Of a stretch of DNA of 64,000 nucleotides, positions 1 to 9,678 are shown one piece after another. A program made the position numbers and the translations under genes. Under the pieces are notes generated by a model that was given only the letters and a program-made list of their open reading frames with translations, was not told the origin of the DNA and did no database searches. Position 1 is the first letter of the stretch, and each line of letters starts with the position of its first letter. The stretch spans positions 1-64,000 of the IMG/VR virus record IMGVR_UViG_3300023184_000025. One strand, 5' to 3'.

Positions 1-706
1 CATTGAATGGTAATTTATGTAGATACACATATTCACCTTTTCTAATCTTGCCACTGAACAAAACCATTTGTGGATCATTGGGGAACATACCTGTATCTGA
101 CCCAGCAGTAGTTAGACCCATTGCTATGGCAACTTTAGGATCAGAGGTAGCATAGATAGCATTTTGATTACTACCAGCCGCACCACCTGTATCTACCGAT
201 TGTCTTGGCTCTAGCATAGGAATCTTTTGTCTTGACCCATGCCAAAGATAGGTATTAATAACTTTGCCTTCCGCCACACCTTGCTGTATGGTGCTTAGTC
301 TAGCAAGTTCTTGTTCACCTTCGGGAGTCAGTAACCAATAGCCGTCGGCATCTACAATCCAACCAGCGTCATATAAACTGTCATACACTCTACTTTGGGC
401 ACGGCTTAGACTCTGACTATCTTCTTGAAATCCCAAACCATGATCATTTGCAACTTCAATGGCTTTAAGTAACAAGGCTTTGCCATAACCTTTGCCGCGT
501 ACATCGTCAGTTACTTCTGCCTGATTGTGTACGTCTTCAGTCTCAGGATCCCTATAGAATGAAAAATGTCCAACATTTTTTCCATCAGCGATTGCAGTAA
601 CAGTAAAACTACTTTGATAGTTGTCTGTGGATGCTGTGCGGAATTGTACTGCCGATGCGTCTGCTTCGCCAAGGAAGCCTTCAGTGATAAACTCTTGTGC
701 TCTCAT
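1..706 (-). CDS. Partial polyprotein (runs off the window edge): capsid-targeting-like leader + GNAT acetyltransferase domain + ADP-ribosyltransferase-like domain
   Basis: Not in the ORF track; translated by hand from the ATG at 706. MRAQEFITE|G...; GNAT acetyl-CoA motif VRGKGYGKALL; linker QQGVAE|G; then YLWHGS...LEPR...AIYATSDPKVAIAMG (H-G-S and Y-x-T/S pattern of Arr/ART-like folds). No stop codon down to base 2. Confidence 0.75.
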   Translation of the reverse strand, partial: MRAQEFITEGFLGEADASAVQFRTASTDNYQSSFTVTAIADGKNVGHFSFYRDPETEDVHNQAEVTDDVRGKGYGKALLLKAIEVANDHGLGFQEDSQSLSRAQSRVYDSLYDAGWIVDADGYWLLTPEGEQELARLSTIQQGVAEGKVINTYLWHGSRQKIPMLEPRQSVDTGGAAGSNQNAIYATSDPKVAIAMGLTTAGSDTGMFPNDPQMVLFSGKIRKGEYVYLHKLPFN

Positions 707-1375
707 TTAATACACCAAACTATCTATACGTTTATATTTTATATTAAACGCATTCATTAATAATTCTACTTCACGCAGGCATTCGTCTCTGCCGCCACCA
801 ACCAAGTATGCACCATTAAAACGCTTTAGTTGACCAACACTGGCCCAGCCCACAGTCATTGGATCATCTTCCATTTCTTCTATGGCACCTTGAATCAAAC
901 TTTGTGTAGTAGTACGACGATTAAAGGCAGGGAACTCTAGGTCTCTAGTGTCAGAAACTTGTTGTGCGTACATTTCACGTATGGTTGCAATGATGGTACT
1001 TGGTTCTATTCCGTGATCCATCCAGCTACGGAGGTAGCCATAACCTTTGTCTACTATTTGAAAGCGACGCCAATCTACGGGACTTTTGGGCTCGTTGTAA
1101 TAGTCATCACCATTCTCGTCTTCGCCTTCTTCGCCTTCGGTTCCTAGTGTTTCGTCCCAGAATTGTTGTATCTGTTGAACGGAATCCCCACTCAGGCCTT
1201 GATCTTCAGCATTGACAAAGAACAGCACAGGACCAGTTTGCTTTTGTACAAAATTCATTATTTGAATAAACTTTGGATTGGCAGGTGGCCAGGGTCCGCC
1301 ATTGTATTCAGGTTGAACATCAACACAAATAACTGGCTGACTTAGGCCTTCAACAATAAAATCCTGTGCTCTCAT
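707..1375 (-). CDS. Cysteine hydrolase (isochorismatase/nicotinamidase-like) with capsid-targeting-like leader
   Basis: VICVDVQ (catalytic Asp), IVDKG (Lys) and LVGGGRDECL (Cys) match the D-K-C triad layout; N-terminus is MRAQDFIVE|G. Confidence 0.6.
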   Translation of the reverse strand: MRAQDFIVEGLSQPVICVDVQPEYNGGPWPPANPKFIQIMNFVQKQTGPVLFFVNAEDQGLSGDSVQQIQQFWDETLGTEGEEGEDENGDDYYNEPKSPVDWRRFQIVDKGYGYLRSWMDHGIEPSTIIATIREMYAQQVSDTRDLEFPAFNRRTTTQSLIQGAIEEMEDDPMTVGWASVGQLKRFNGAYLVGGGRDECLREVELLMNAFNIKYKRIDSLVY

Positions 1376-3462
1376 TACATTTTACCTGATGTCTTTAATG
1401 TAGGTGGTGTGCCAGCGGCAGTGGTATGCCAGCCCATTTTTTTGGCTTGGCGTTGTACTTCTCCGGGCTTGATGTCCACAGTTAAGGCCATACTGTAACG
1501 TGGATCACGAGCTTCCTGGTCATTAATGGGGATGTAGCCTGATGCTTCTGCTATTGGTTTTATTCTACTTAATTCGTACATGACTTTGTTGCCGGTGTCA
1601 GCACGGAAAGCACGGAAGCCCAAAGCCTTTGCATAACGCTGAACCAAACTGTCATACAGTCTTGCCCTGGTCATTGCTTTTCTTTGATCCTCATCTGGGT
1701 TAACTTCTTTTGAAGCCGAAAAGTATATTTTGTTGGGCTTGTATCTTCCCTTGGCGCCAGGCACCCTGTCAGAAACAAATGTTTGAACAGCACTTAACAC
1801 AGTGGCAAACACACGCTGTTGATCACCCTCGCCTGTTTTTTCTTGACTGTTGTTTCTATAAAACTCAACACTCCATGCTTCCTCTTTTGTATCTTGACTA
1901 AATCCCTTGGTAAACATGACACTTAGAAAGGTATTGTCATCTAATCGTGCTATTGCGTCTACATCACCATGGTCACCCTTTTCCCATCGAAGTATTTTAT
2001 AGGGTTGGTCTAATGATTCATTAACATCTTCGGGTACTACTTGCCCTTGGCGACGACGCAGATCATCTTTCATGCGCTGTAATAATTCTTCGCGAGCACC
2101 GGCAACGCCCATGTGCTTGATGGTCTGCGACGCACGCCCTATGGTTTGTATATCCTTGACTGTTTGTCCAACACCATTGGTGGTGGCGCAACCAGGTGTG
2201 CCGGCTATGCATGCTGCCGCAGCCACGGCTGCTAGTCGGTCTTTGACAGATTCCTCTAGTGGCATATCTTTAAAGAATTCTGGATACTGATCAACCCAGT
2301 GACGCATAATGCGGCCTGCCATGGCATTGGCTTCGTCTTCGTAAGGGGATCCTGTTTCACCTGCGTCCACAGGCATGTCAGCTAGTTCGTCTTGGCGAGC
2401 GTGTGTGAGCTCATGTGCTAGAGTACGCAAAATATCTAGCACATGACGGCCACTTACTGCCAGTGTAACTGAACGTGTTTCATGATCAAATTGACCGAAT
2501 GTGCCGTTTCTACGTGTCCATTCCGGGTCACGTTTTAATATGATTTTTGGGGCTTGTTCAATTCCGAGATACTCAACACAACTATCAATGAATGGTTGTA
2601 GTACTTGCTTAATGTCTTGATTAATGTCTGGAGATTCTGTGTTTTCTTGTACACTTTCGCCGCCACCATCGCCACCCTCGCTGTTGCCAAACGAGAATCC
2701 AGGCATCCAGTACCCACCATATCCGTAGCGTACTTTCTTTTTCTTGCGTTCTTGTAAACTTAGTTCATGATCTTTTGCGGCAAGCCTAGCTTCACGCAGT
2801 CGGTCAATCAAGCCGCTGGCCCTCAACAGTTTAAATGCTAGATTTTCTGGACCAAATTCTCCAGTATTGGCCAGGCCGGTTGTGCGCATTTCACGTATCT
2901 TTTTAGCCAGCAATTCCATGCGCTGTCTATCACCATCGGCAATGGCTGACTCAATTCTGCGTCCTAGATCTTCGTACTTGCTACGTGTGCTCATGTCATC
3001 AACCACAGCTTGTTGACGTTTTGGAACTTGTAGCCAGTCATTGTTCAACACTGAATACTCTCCTTGGCTTACTGGAGGTTGGTTGGCATTCTGTACATAT
3101 AACTCAACATCGTAGCCGCCAATTTTAAAATTGTGCTGATCGTTATACTGATATTTTTTAGCATCAAACAGTTCACGATAAACTTCGCTGGCATCAGCCT
3201 TGGGTAAATCTACTACCAAGTGTAGATCAATGTCTGAGTGTGGTGTATATGTGTAGGCGGCGTTTGAACCAGATATTGTGACGTCTTTTAGTTCAATGTC
3301 TGTTAGGCCAAGGAATTCACGGAAGTCATCCGCAATTGCCAATAGATGTTCACGAACATCAGGGAGAAGATTTTCGTCCTCTCCCCAAATGCGTGGGTTT
3401 AACTTGTCGTTAAACTTGATTGCGTTGCTTAAACGATAGGAATCTAGTTCATGAATGTTCAT
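1375..3462 (-). CDS. Multi-module polyprotein: Pol-beta-type nucleotidyltransferase + HExxH zinc metallopeptidase + further unknown modules
   Basis: ISGSNAAYTYTPHSDIDLH...VELY (GS, DxD, third acidic residue); LAHELTH...EDEANAMAG (zincin); modules separated by VQE|N, LEE|S, VNE|S and IAE|A. Confidence 0.75.
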   Translation of the reverse strand: MNIHELDSYRLSNAIKFNDKLNPRIWGEDENLLPDVREHLLAIADDFREFLGLTDIELKDVTISGSNAAYTYTPHSDIDLHLVVDLPKADASEVYRELFDAKKYQYNDQHNFKIGGYDVELYVQNANQPPVSQGEYSVLNNDWLQVPKRQQAVVDDMSTRSKYEDLGRRIESAIADGDRQRMELLAKKIREMRTTGLANTGEFGPENLAFKLLRASGLIDRLREARLAAKDHELSLQERKKKKVRYGYGGYWMPGFSFGNSEGGDGGGESVQENTESPDINQDIKQVLQPFIDSCVEYLGIEQAPKIILKRDPEWTRRNGTFGQFDHETRSVTLAVSGRHVLDILRTLAHELTHARQDELADMPVDAGETGSPYEDEANAMAGRIMRHWVDQYPEFFKDMPLEESVKDRLAAVAAAACIAGTPGCATTNGVGQTVKDIQTIGRASQTIKHMGVAGAREELLQRMKDDLRRRQGQVVPEDVNESLDQPYKILRWEKGDHGDVDAIARLDDNTFLSVMFTKGFSQDTKEEAWSVEFYRNNSQEKTGEGDQQRVFATVLSAVQTFVSDRVPGAKGRYKPNKIYFSASKEVNPDEDQRKAMTRARLYDSLVQRYAKALGFRAFRADTGNKVMYELSRIKPIAEASGYIPINDQEARDPRYSMALTVDIKPGEVQRQAKKMGWHTTAAGTPPTLKTSGKM

Positions 3463-3483
3463 AAACTATATTTACCGCTTTGA

Positions 3484-4428
3484 TTACTTAGATGCTTTTG
3501 TTTTCTTTTTAGCTAGAGCAGGCGTTTCTATTGCCTTGACTGATTTAGCCACTGCTTTAACTGGCTTGGCTTCTGTCTTGCCTTGTTTGGCTGTTTCTGT
3601 AACAGGTGATTCATTACTGGCAATAACTCGAGAAGTTGCAGACACCTCTTGTTGAGCTAACTGTGCATCTGCTAGTTTCTTAGCTTCAACATTTGCCTTG
3701 GCAATAACACTAAGGTCTTCGTACAATTTGTCCTGTGTGTTAAAATCAAACACATAGGTGCCGGTGTGCTTGAGCAATACCCGCTTGTCAATCCAGACTT
3801 TACCACCAATATCGCGCCAGTTTTCGCAGAATGTCCAGTCTTCTGAATAGTAGCGACCTTCGCGTACTGCTGTGTCGTAATATGTCTTCATGTATGGATC
3901 TAATTCTACTGGTAATCCAATGTCGTTTTTAAAGGGTTTGACTGCTTGATGTACATTGAGTTTATCAAATACATTGCGTTTTACCAACATAAAACCTGTG
4001 CCTGTTTTGCTAACTTCTTGAAGGTTGCCGTCTTCGCTGACTTCTGCATTTTCAAAACCATTAACTACCCACTTGATTGGCAAAGTTTTCATTGGATATA
4101 ATCCGCCAACAACATCTTTTTGTGAATCAAGAAGTACTAGTAAATGCCAAGGTTCCCAACCAATGTCTGCATCAATGAACATCAGGTGTGTTGAGTCTGG
4201 GTTGTTTAAGAATTTAGCAACCAGTGTATTTCTAGCACGGCTAATTAATGATTCATTGGTCATGGTTTCCATGGTCCACTCAATGCCAAGTTGTCGGCAA
4301 GTGTTGGCCCATTTGATATAACTCATGAATGTGCTTTCAGTTAACATGCCACCGTAGCAGGGCATACAGATATGCACTCTAGTGGTGCGCAGGTAGTCAA
4401 CGTTGACTTGGATTTGTTGTTCAGCCAT
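3484..4428 (-). CDS. GT-A fold glycosyltransferase-like protein with Lys/Ala-rich C-terminal tail
   Basis: SLISRARN, LMFIDADIGW (DxD), GTGFMLVKR and SEDWTFC motifs. Confidence 0.75.
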   Translation of the reverse strand: MAEQQIQVNVDYLRTTRVHICMPCYGGMLTESTFMSYIKWANTCRQLGIEWTMETMTNESLISRARNTLVAKFLNNPDSTHLMFIDADIGWEPWHLLVLLDSQKDVVGGLYPMKTLPIKWVVNGFENAEVSEDGNLQEVSKTGTGFMLVKRNVFDKLNVHQAVKPFKNDIGLPVELDPYMKTYYDTAVREGRYYSEDWTFCENWRDIGGKVWIDKRVLLKHTGTYVFDFNTQDKLYEDLSVIAKANVEAKKLADAQLAQQEVSATSRVIASNESPVTETAKQGKTEAKPVKAVAKSVKAIETPALAKKKTKASK

Positions 4429-4629
4429 ATGTTCCTCGTAAAAATATGTACTTCTATTTAACTACGTACAAAACCCTGGCTATTTTTTTACTGGCGAAGT
4501 TATGATGCTATTTTTAATCCAACGCCTAAAACCATTACCTTACTGCAATTTCTTAGTGGAGTCATCAATACATTAGGAGATCCATGCTGTACTGTCTTGA
4601 CAGGTAACTTTGGCGGATGAACGCGACGT

Positions 4630-5622
4630 TTACTTGTTTGTTTCATCAATATAGTCATTGTTTTCGCCAATGTCAATTTCTCGACCACGTGCAATTGGAC
4701 GTCTGCCTTGCTTGTCTGAGAAATCCTCCAACCTTGCCAACGCTTGAACTTTACTTTGCATGGCACCGGCTTTGTACATTAAATGTTCAACTCCTCGATA
4801 GTTACCAACTTTGAGCATTTCTGCTAACTCAACTAATTGTTTTACTAAACTGTTTTTAAGACTGCCTTCGTTCCAGGTTCCAAGTCCACCAGTGGGACGA
4901 ATTTGAACTCCGTCATCAGGATCATTGACCAGGGTAGCTTCGTCAACTTCTTTATCAGGACCGTTTGGCATTGGCATTCCTGCATTCAATCCTCCGGCTC
5001 CTACACCAAAGGCTGGGCCTTGTAGTGCTTCTTTTACATCATTGCCCATGCCTGCATCAATTAGTTTAGTTGTTACATTGGTTAACTTTTCGTTACCTTG
5101 GGTCTGTGGATACAGTGAATTAACCAATGAGGCTTTTTGTTCTGACGACATTGCAGGCCATTTAGCACGAATTTCTGTGGCACTGGTCATGCCTGAGCCA
5201 AACTGTACCACAGGCAAATATGCTATGTAAGCATGCTGAGTCATTGGCTGTAGACCTGTGCGCTTGTATGGTTGTAAGTAGCCAGCACTACCATCCTTTT
5301 TTACATCGCCTGGCACGGGCTGTTCGTTACGATCCTTTTCACTGCGTACAAAAATTAATTGTGTGCTACCAGGATCATAATGCTGTGTAATTTCATTGGC
5401 ACGGAAAGGACTTTTAACCTGAATAAATCTGTGTGCAGGAATGCCGGCTAATTTTGCTAGTTTTTGTTTGACTGCAAAAGGAAAAGGTCTTGTTGAAGTA
5501 TCTGCTGTGGCGGCAATATAAACGTCGGCACTAGGGAAAGCCGCTTGGGCCGAATCGTATAGAGCTTTATGGCCTGCGTGAAAGGGGTGGAAACCACCGG
5601 GCATAATGACTAGTTTTTTCAT
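4630..5622 (-). CDS. HxGH (cytidylyl/adenylyltransferase-like, NadD/CoaD superfamily) protein with C-terminal extension
   Basis: PGGFHPFHAGH and TSATEIR motifs; the C-terminal part is set off by VKE|A and VDE|A. Confidence 0.7.
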   Translation of the reverse strand: MKKLVIMPGGFHPFHAGHKALYDSAQAAFPSADVYIAATADTSTRPFPFAVKQKLAKLAGIPAHRFIQVKSPFRANEITQHYDPGSTQLIFVRSEKDRNEQPVPGDVKKDGSAGYLQPYKRTGLQPMTQHAYIAYLPVVQFGSGMTSATEIRAKWPAMSSEQKASLVNSLYPQTQGNEKLTNVTTKLIDAGMGNDVKEALQGPAFGVGAGGLNAGMPMPNGPDKEVDEATLVNDPDDGVQIRPTGGLGTWNEGSLKNSLVKQLVELAEMLKVGNYRGVEHLMYKAGAMQSKVQALARLEDFSDKQGRRPIARGREIDIGENNDYIDETNK

Positions 5623-5636
5623 ACCTTATATTTAGC

Positions 5637-6065
5637 CTACATGTTCTCTAAGAGCCAAAGGTATGATGGTGCTTGAAATTTAAAAATTACTTGACCGTTA
5701 CAACCAATTGCACCATAGAAAGAGTCAACAATGTTGTCTTGAGTCCCATTAAAATTATGGTGATATGCGGCTTGTTGGAATACTATCTTGCTAACGTCAA
5801 TGTCTTCAAGTTTAAAATCAGTAACAGTAACCAATACATCTTTTATAATATTTCCAAATTCATCTACTTTGGTATGATCAATGGTTTTGCCAGACATTTT
5901 AATAGTCAATGTGTATTCCTGATCAGTGTCATCAAATTCGTGGTTAATAGTTATAGGATCAACGCTGGGTTTTCCTTGAAAAATATTAACATTGTTTAAA
6001 TGAATTGACACGTCAAGCTCGGGTTCTGTAGCAGAAACCCGCAGGCTTAATGTTGAATTGTCCAT
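5637..6065 (-). CDS. Hypothetical protein (beta-rich)
   Basis: 142-aa ORF translationally coupled to the upstream gene. Confidence 0.6.
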   Translation of the reverse strand: MDNSTLSLRVSATEPELDVSIHLNNVNIFQGKPSVDPITINHEFDDTDQEYTLTIKMSGKTIDHTKVDEFGNIIKDVLVTVTDFKLEDIDVSKIVFQQAAYHHNFNGTQDNIVDSFYGAIGCNGQVIFKFQAPSYLWLLENM

Positions 6066-6433
6066 TAATAACTTAACATTAACTTAGTGATTGTTCCAGC
6101 GGAAAATCCCTCTACATTGGCTCTGATCCATGTAAAGTTTCCGGTGACGTTAACACTAAAATTGTTGGTGGTTGTGGTAGTTAAAGAATCAAATTCGTAT
6201 ACTTTGAACCAGTCGGCGTCCGTTGCTGGTACTGAATCAACGGTGGCTTCAATTTTAATCAATCCTTCAAATCCATTCAGATAAAAAGCCAGCGTCTGCA
6301 GGGAACCAAAGCCACCGTAATAATTAGACGCTTGTTGATTTTCTCCAGACCAGTCTAAACTGCTACCATCGTAGTTACCCGAGGGTGTGCCATATGAGGT
6401 AGTTGGCAATAGCTGGAGAGTTGTAGTTTTCAT
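6065..6433 (-). CDS. Hypothetical protein, possibly virion-associated beta-sandwich
   Basis: Thr/Ser/Gly-rich with a GNFTWIRA motif; lies in a late operon. Confidence 0.55.
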   Translation of the reverse strand: MKTTTLQLLPTTSYGTPSGNYDGSSLDWSGENQQASNYYGGFGSLQTLAFYLNGFEGLIKIEATVDSVPATDADWFKVYEFDSLTTTTTNNFSVNVTGNFTWIRANVEGFSAGTITKLMLSY

Positions 6434-6609
6434 TGCTCTTGACCAACTCGTTCAATTTCTACAACAACACCGTTTCCGCCAAGTTCTTCAGCCACAGCCG
6501 CTAAACTTTCTACCAGTTCTACTGTAGCGATTGTACCTTGATTTGGTGCATCATCCTTGATCAATTTTGAAAGTTTGATCACAACTATTTCTTCGTGTAT
6601 TTTTGCCAT
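6430..6609 (-). CDS. Small hypothetical protein (59 aa)
   Basis: Hand-translated MAKIHEEIVVIKLSKLIKD...GVVVEIERVGQEQ*; fills the gap, overlaps the next gene by ATGA, and is preceded by TAAATA. Confidence 0.65.
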   Translation of the reverse strand: MAKIHEEIVVIKLSKLIKDDAPNQGTIATVELVESLAAVAEELGGNGVVVEIERVGQEQ

Positions 6610-6619
6610 GGTAATCTAT

Positions 6620-7354
6620 TTATGCTTTTATTAAGGTTACAGTTTTTCTGACTGTGCTTGGACTCACAAGACTAAGCATACTTACAAAAGATTCGTGATC
6701 GTATTCTACAAAAAAGTTTCCATACAAATAACAGTACTCGTCTTTTTTTACCCAATGTGTAAGTGCAGGCCCTAATCTTATTTGCCCTTCGTAGTTTTTT
6801 AAGAAATTAACCAAATAACTTTTTTGTTGTTTGGTTATTTTTCTATCTTTAAAATATAAACGATAAGAATGCTTTGGATTTTTTAATCTAATGGTACCTT
6901 TTGCAAACGCTACATTAATCTGATATACGTGTACATTTTTTATAAACGGTAATTTGGATAATTCTTCTATATATTTTTTATTGTTGGTGTATAGATATCC
7001 ATAGCCGCCTGACTGTATTATTAGTCTTTTGGTATCCGATTCTAACGTATAAAAATTATAGAACGACAATAAATTTTCTTCTACTTCATCACCAATGGGC
7101 AATCCCTCTGATCGGCTGTGCCAGTTTCCTCCCCAATTAACGTGTCTTAGGTGATCTTTGAATTTTTTTCGTTGAGACAAGTTCCAAGAAATCATCTTAC
7201 GATCTTTATCAGGATCATTTTTTAAATTTCTTAGACAAGGTAATTCTTGAAGATAGAAAACAGCCCTATACTCAAATTGATCAAAGTATAGCTGGCTTGA
7301 ATTAACTACTTCAAACTCTGGGTTTGAATTGATCAAGGATAATGTATCCATCAC
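6620..7354 (-). CDS. Hypothetical protein
   Basis: 244-aa ORF downstream of clpA. Confidence 0.6.
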   Translation of the reverse strand: MMDTLSLINSNPEFEVVNSSQLYFDQFEYRAVFYLQELPCLRNLKNDPDKDRKMISWNLSQRKKFKDHLRHVNWGGNWHSRSEGLPIGDEVEENLLSFYNFYTLESDTKRLIIQSGGYGYLYTNNKKYIEELSKLPFIKNVHVYQINVAFAKGTIRLKNPKHSYRLYFKDRKITKQQKSYLVNFLKNYEGQIRLGPALTHWVKKDEYCYLYGNFFVEYDHESFVSMLSLVSPSTVRKTVTLIKA

Positions 7355-9602
7355 TATTAACTGTAGGTTGAGTTGTTTCTTGCACAGGCACGTTTATGTT
7401 TGTTTCAAAGTAAATTTCTCCATCCTTTACAACAACATTTATATTGCAATCAGCAAGACGGTCAAATAAAATTTTTCTACTTAACGGAACACGAATCAGC
7501 TCGTCAATTTTTCTACCCAATGGTCGAGCTCCCATTAATGGATCATATCCACGGTCAGCCAATAGTTCAACTGCTGGCTCTGTTAAAGTTAGTTTAATAT
7601 TTTTATTAACCAAACTAGTTTTTAGTTCATCGACAAATTTGATAACAATTTTCTTAATTGCTAGTTTATCAAGCTTGCCAAATTTACAGACTGCATCCAA
7701 GCGATTTCGTAATTCAGGTTTAAAAAACTCTTTAAAGGCACGATCATCTTCGCCAGTTTTTGCCATGTCTCCAAAGCCAATGTTATTACGTTCACTGTCA
7801 GCACTACCAAGATTACTGGTCATAATAACAATGGTATTTTTACAATCAACTGTTTTTCCGTTGCTACCTGTAATTTTTCCTTCATCAAGCAATTGTAGAA
7901 AGATGTTACTTACATCAGGGTGCGCTTTTTCTACTTCGTCAAATAATAATATCGAAAATGGGTGCTTGCTCAAGTCGCTAATTAATTTGCCACCACCAAG
8001 ATTGCCATCCTCAAACCCAACATAGCCTGGCGGTGCACCAATCAAACTTGATACAGTATGCTTTTCCTGATACTCACTCATGTCGTACTTGAGTAATGTC
8101 ATATCAAGGTATTCAGCCAACATACGTGCCAATTCAGTTTTACCTGTACCAGTTGGCCCCAAGAACAAGAAACTAGACATTGGTTTTCTTGTTGTATTAA
8201 TGCCAGCAAAACTTACATAGATACGATCTAGTACTGTGTCAATGACCTGGTCTTGACCGTATACTCGTTGTTTGATATTACTTTCAAGATCAATAATACG
8301 TGTGCTCTGTTGATTGGCCAAGTGATCCATTGGTACACCGGCAACACGACTGACCTGTTGCATAATTAACTCTTTTGTGACTGTTAATGTACCTGCATCC
8401 TTGACCCTTTCACGAGCACAGGCAGCATCAATTAAATCAATGCTTTTGTCGGGATTCTTTTTGTCATGAATGTAACGACCACTTAGTTCAACTGCTGATA
8501 TAATAGCATCTGTGTCAATCATCACATTGTGAAACTTTTCCAGTCGCGGACTGAGTCCAATAAGAATTTTTTCTGTAGTTTCTTTGTTTGGTTCGTCGAT
8601 ACTGAGTCGATAGAATCTACGCATCAACGCACGATCTTTTTCAAAGCTTTCGTAGTACTCTTCCCAGGTTGTGCTGGCCACAACTTTAAGTACACCTTTG
8701 GTAATTGCTGGCTTGATCATATTAGCAAAATCAAGCTGGCTTTGTCCTGAACTGCCTGCTCCACGCATGGTGTGTGCTTCGTCAATAAACAGCACACAAT
8801 TCTTTTTACTTTCTAATGCATCAATTACCTGTTTGAGTTTTTCTTCAAACTCGCCGCGATACTTTGATCCAGCTAGTAAACTTCCGATTTCCAAACTCCA
8901 CACTTCATGATCTCTAAGGAAACTAGGAACATCATTGTTGACAATTCGCTGTGCCAGGCCTTCAATGATGGCAGTTTTGCCCACACCCGGATCTCCTACC
9001 ATTAGCACGTTGGCTTTAAATCTACGTGCTAACACAGTGACCATTTCTTCAATGTCTTTTTCTCTGCCAATCACTGGTTCAAGTTGATCTTTTTTTGCCT
9101 GATCGGTAATGTTGGTACAATGTTCTTCAAGTATCTCTGTGGCCTGTTGATTGGTGATTTTAACATCGCCGTGTTTGTAATTCTGTTCCCAAAATTTTAC
9201 AAACTCTGCTTTTGTTACACCATATTTGAGCAAGAAGTAATGTGCATGACTATTGTTTTCACTCATAAGAGCAAGATAAAGATCAATGGTGGTAATTACT
9301 CGTCGACCGGTGAACAATACTTGTGTCAGCGCACGATTAAAAATACGTTCTAGTGCATTTGTTTTTCGAGGTTGTATATCTTCTTTACTACTGCGTAAGT
9401 TTGTCAAACTTTCTAGATACGCATTAAGTTCTGACTCAAGCATGTCTATTTCTAAACCAAAATTAATTAATACAGTTCTAAATGGATTGTATTGTAGCAA
9501 CGACAGTAGCAAATGCTCAGTTAACACATACTCGTGTTTTTTGTCTCGAGCAATTCTAACTGCCGCATCAATAATTTGTTCAATTTCGGGATTATTTTGC
9601 AT
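7311..9602 (-). CDS. clpA: ClpA-like Hsp100 AAA+ unfoldase
   Basis: Clp N-domain (EHLLL), two Walker A motifs (GDPGVGKT, GPTGTGKT), LFIDEAH, DMSEYQEKH, LIGAPPGYVG and a ClpP-docking IGF loop; no ClpB coiled-coil M-domain. Confidence 0.92.
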   Translation of the reverse strand: MQNNPEIEQIIDAAVRIARDKKHEYVLTEHLLLSLLQYNPFRTVLINFGLEIDMLESELNAYLESLTNLRSSKEDIQPRKTNALERIFNRALTQVLFTGRRVITTIDLYLALMSENNSHAHYFLLKYGVTKAEFVKFWEQNYKHGDVKITNQQATEILEEHCTNITDQAKKDQLEPVIGREKDIEEMVTVLARRFKANVLMVGDPGVGKTAIIEGLAQRIVNNDVPSFLRDHEVWSLEIGSLLAGSKYRGEFEEKLKQVIDALESKKNCVLFIDEAHTMRGAGSSGQSQLDFANMIKPAITKGVLKVVASTTWEEYYESFEKDRALMRRFYRLSIDEPNKETTEKILIGLSPRLEKFHNVMIDTDAIISAVELSGRYIHDKKNPDKSIDLIDAACARERVKDAGTLTVTKELIMQQVSRVAGVPMDHLANQQSTRIIDLESNIKQRVYGQDQVIDTVLDRIYVSFAGINTTRKPMSSFLFLGPTGTGKTELARMLAEYLDMTLLKYDMSEYQEKHTVSSLIGAPPGYVGFEDGNLGGGKLISDLSKHPFSILLFDEVEKAHPDVSNIFLQLLDEGKITGSNGKTVDCKNTIVIMTSNLGSADSERNNIGFGDMAKTGEDDRAFKEFFKPELRNRLDAVCKFGKLDKLAIKKIVIKFVDELKTSLVNKNIKLTLTEPAVELLADRGYDPLMGARPLGRKIDELIRVPLSRKILFDRLADCNINVVVKDGEIYFETNINVPVQETTQPTVNSDGYIILDQFKPRV

Positions 9603-9678
9603 AGGTTTCCTATTAGGTACTGCGATAATTCTTTAATTATAAACTCAATATGTTAAAAACACAAGCAGTACGGTTAAA

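Noticed and set aside
4500-4766. 88-aa ORF overlapping the end of the HxGH gene
   Set aside because: It largely overlaps another CDS out of frame and has no recognisable motif or start signal.
7373-9636. Plus-strand ORFs antisense to clpA (and similar shadows at 19795, 52411, 56473, 58009)
   Set aside because: They lie opposite well-supported genes or promoters, have no motifs, and are typical antisense shadow frames.
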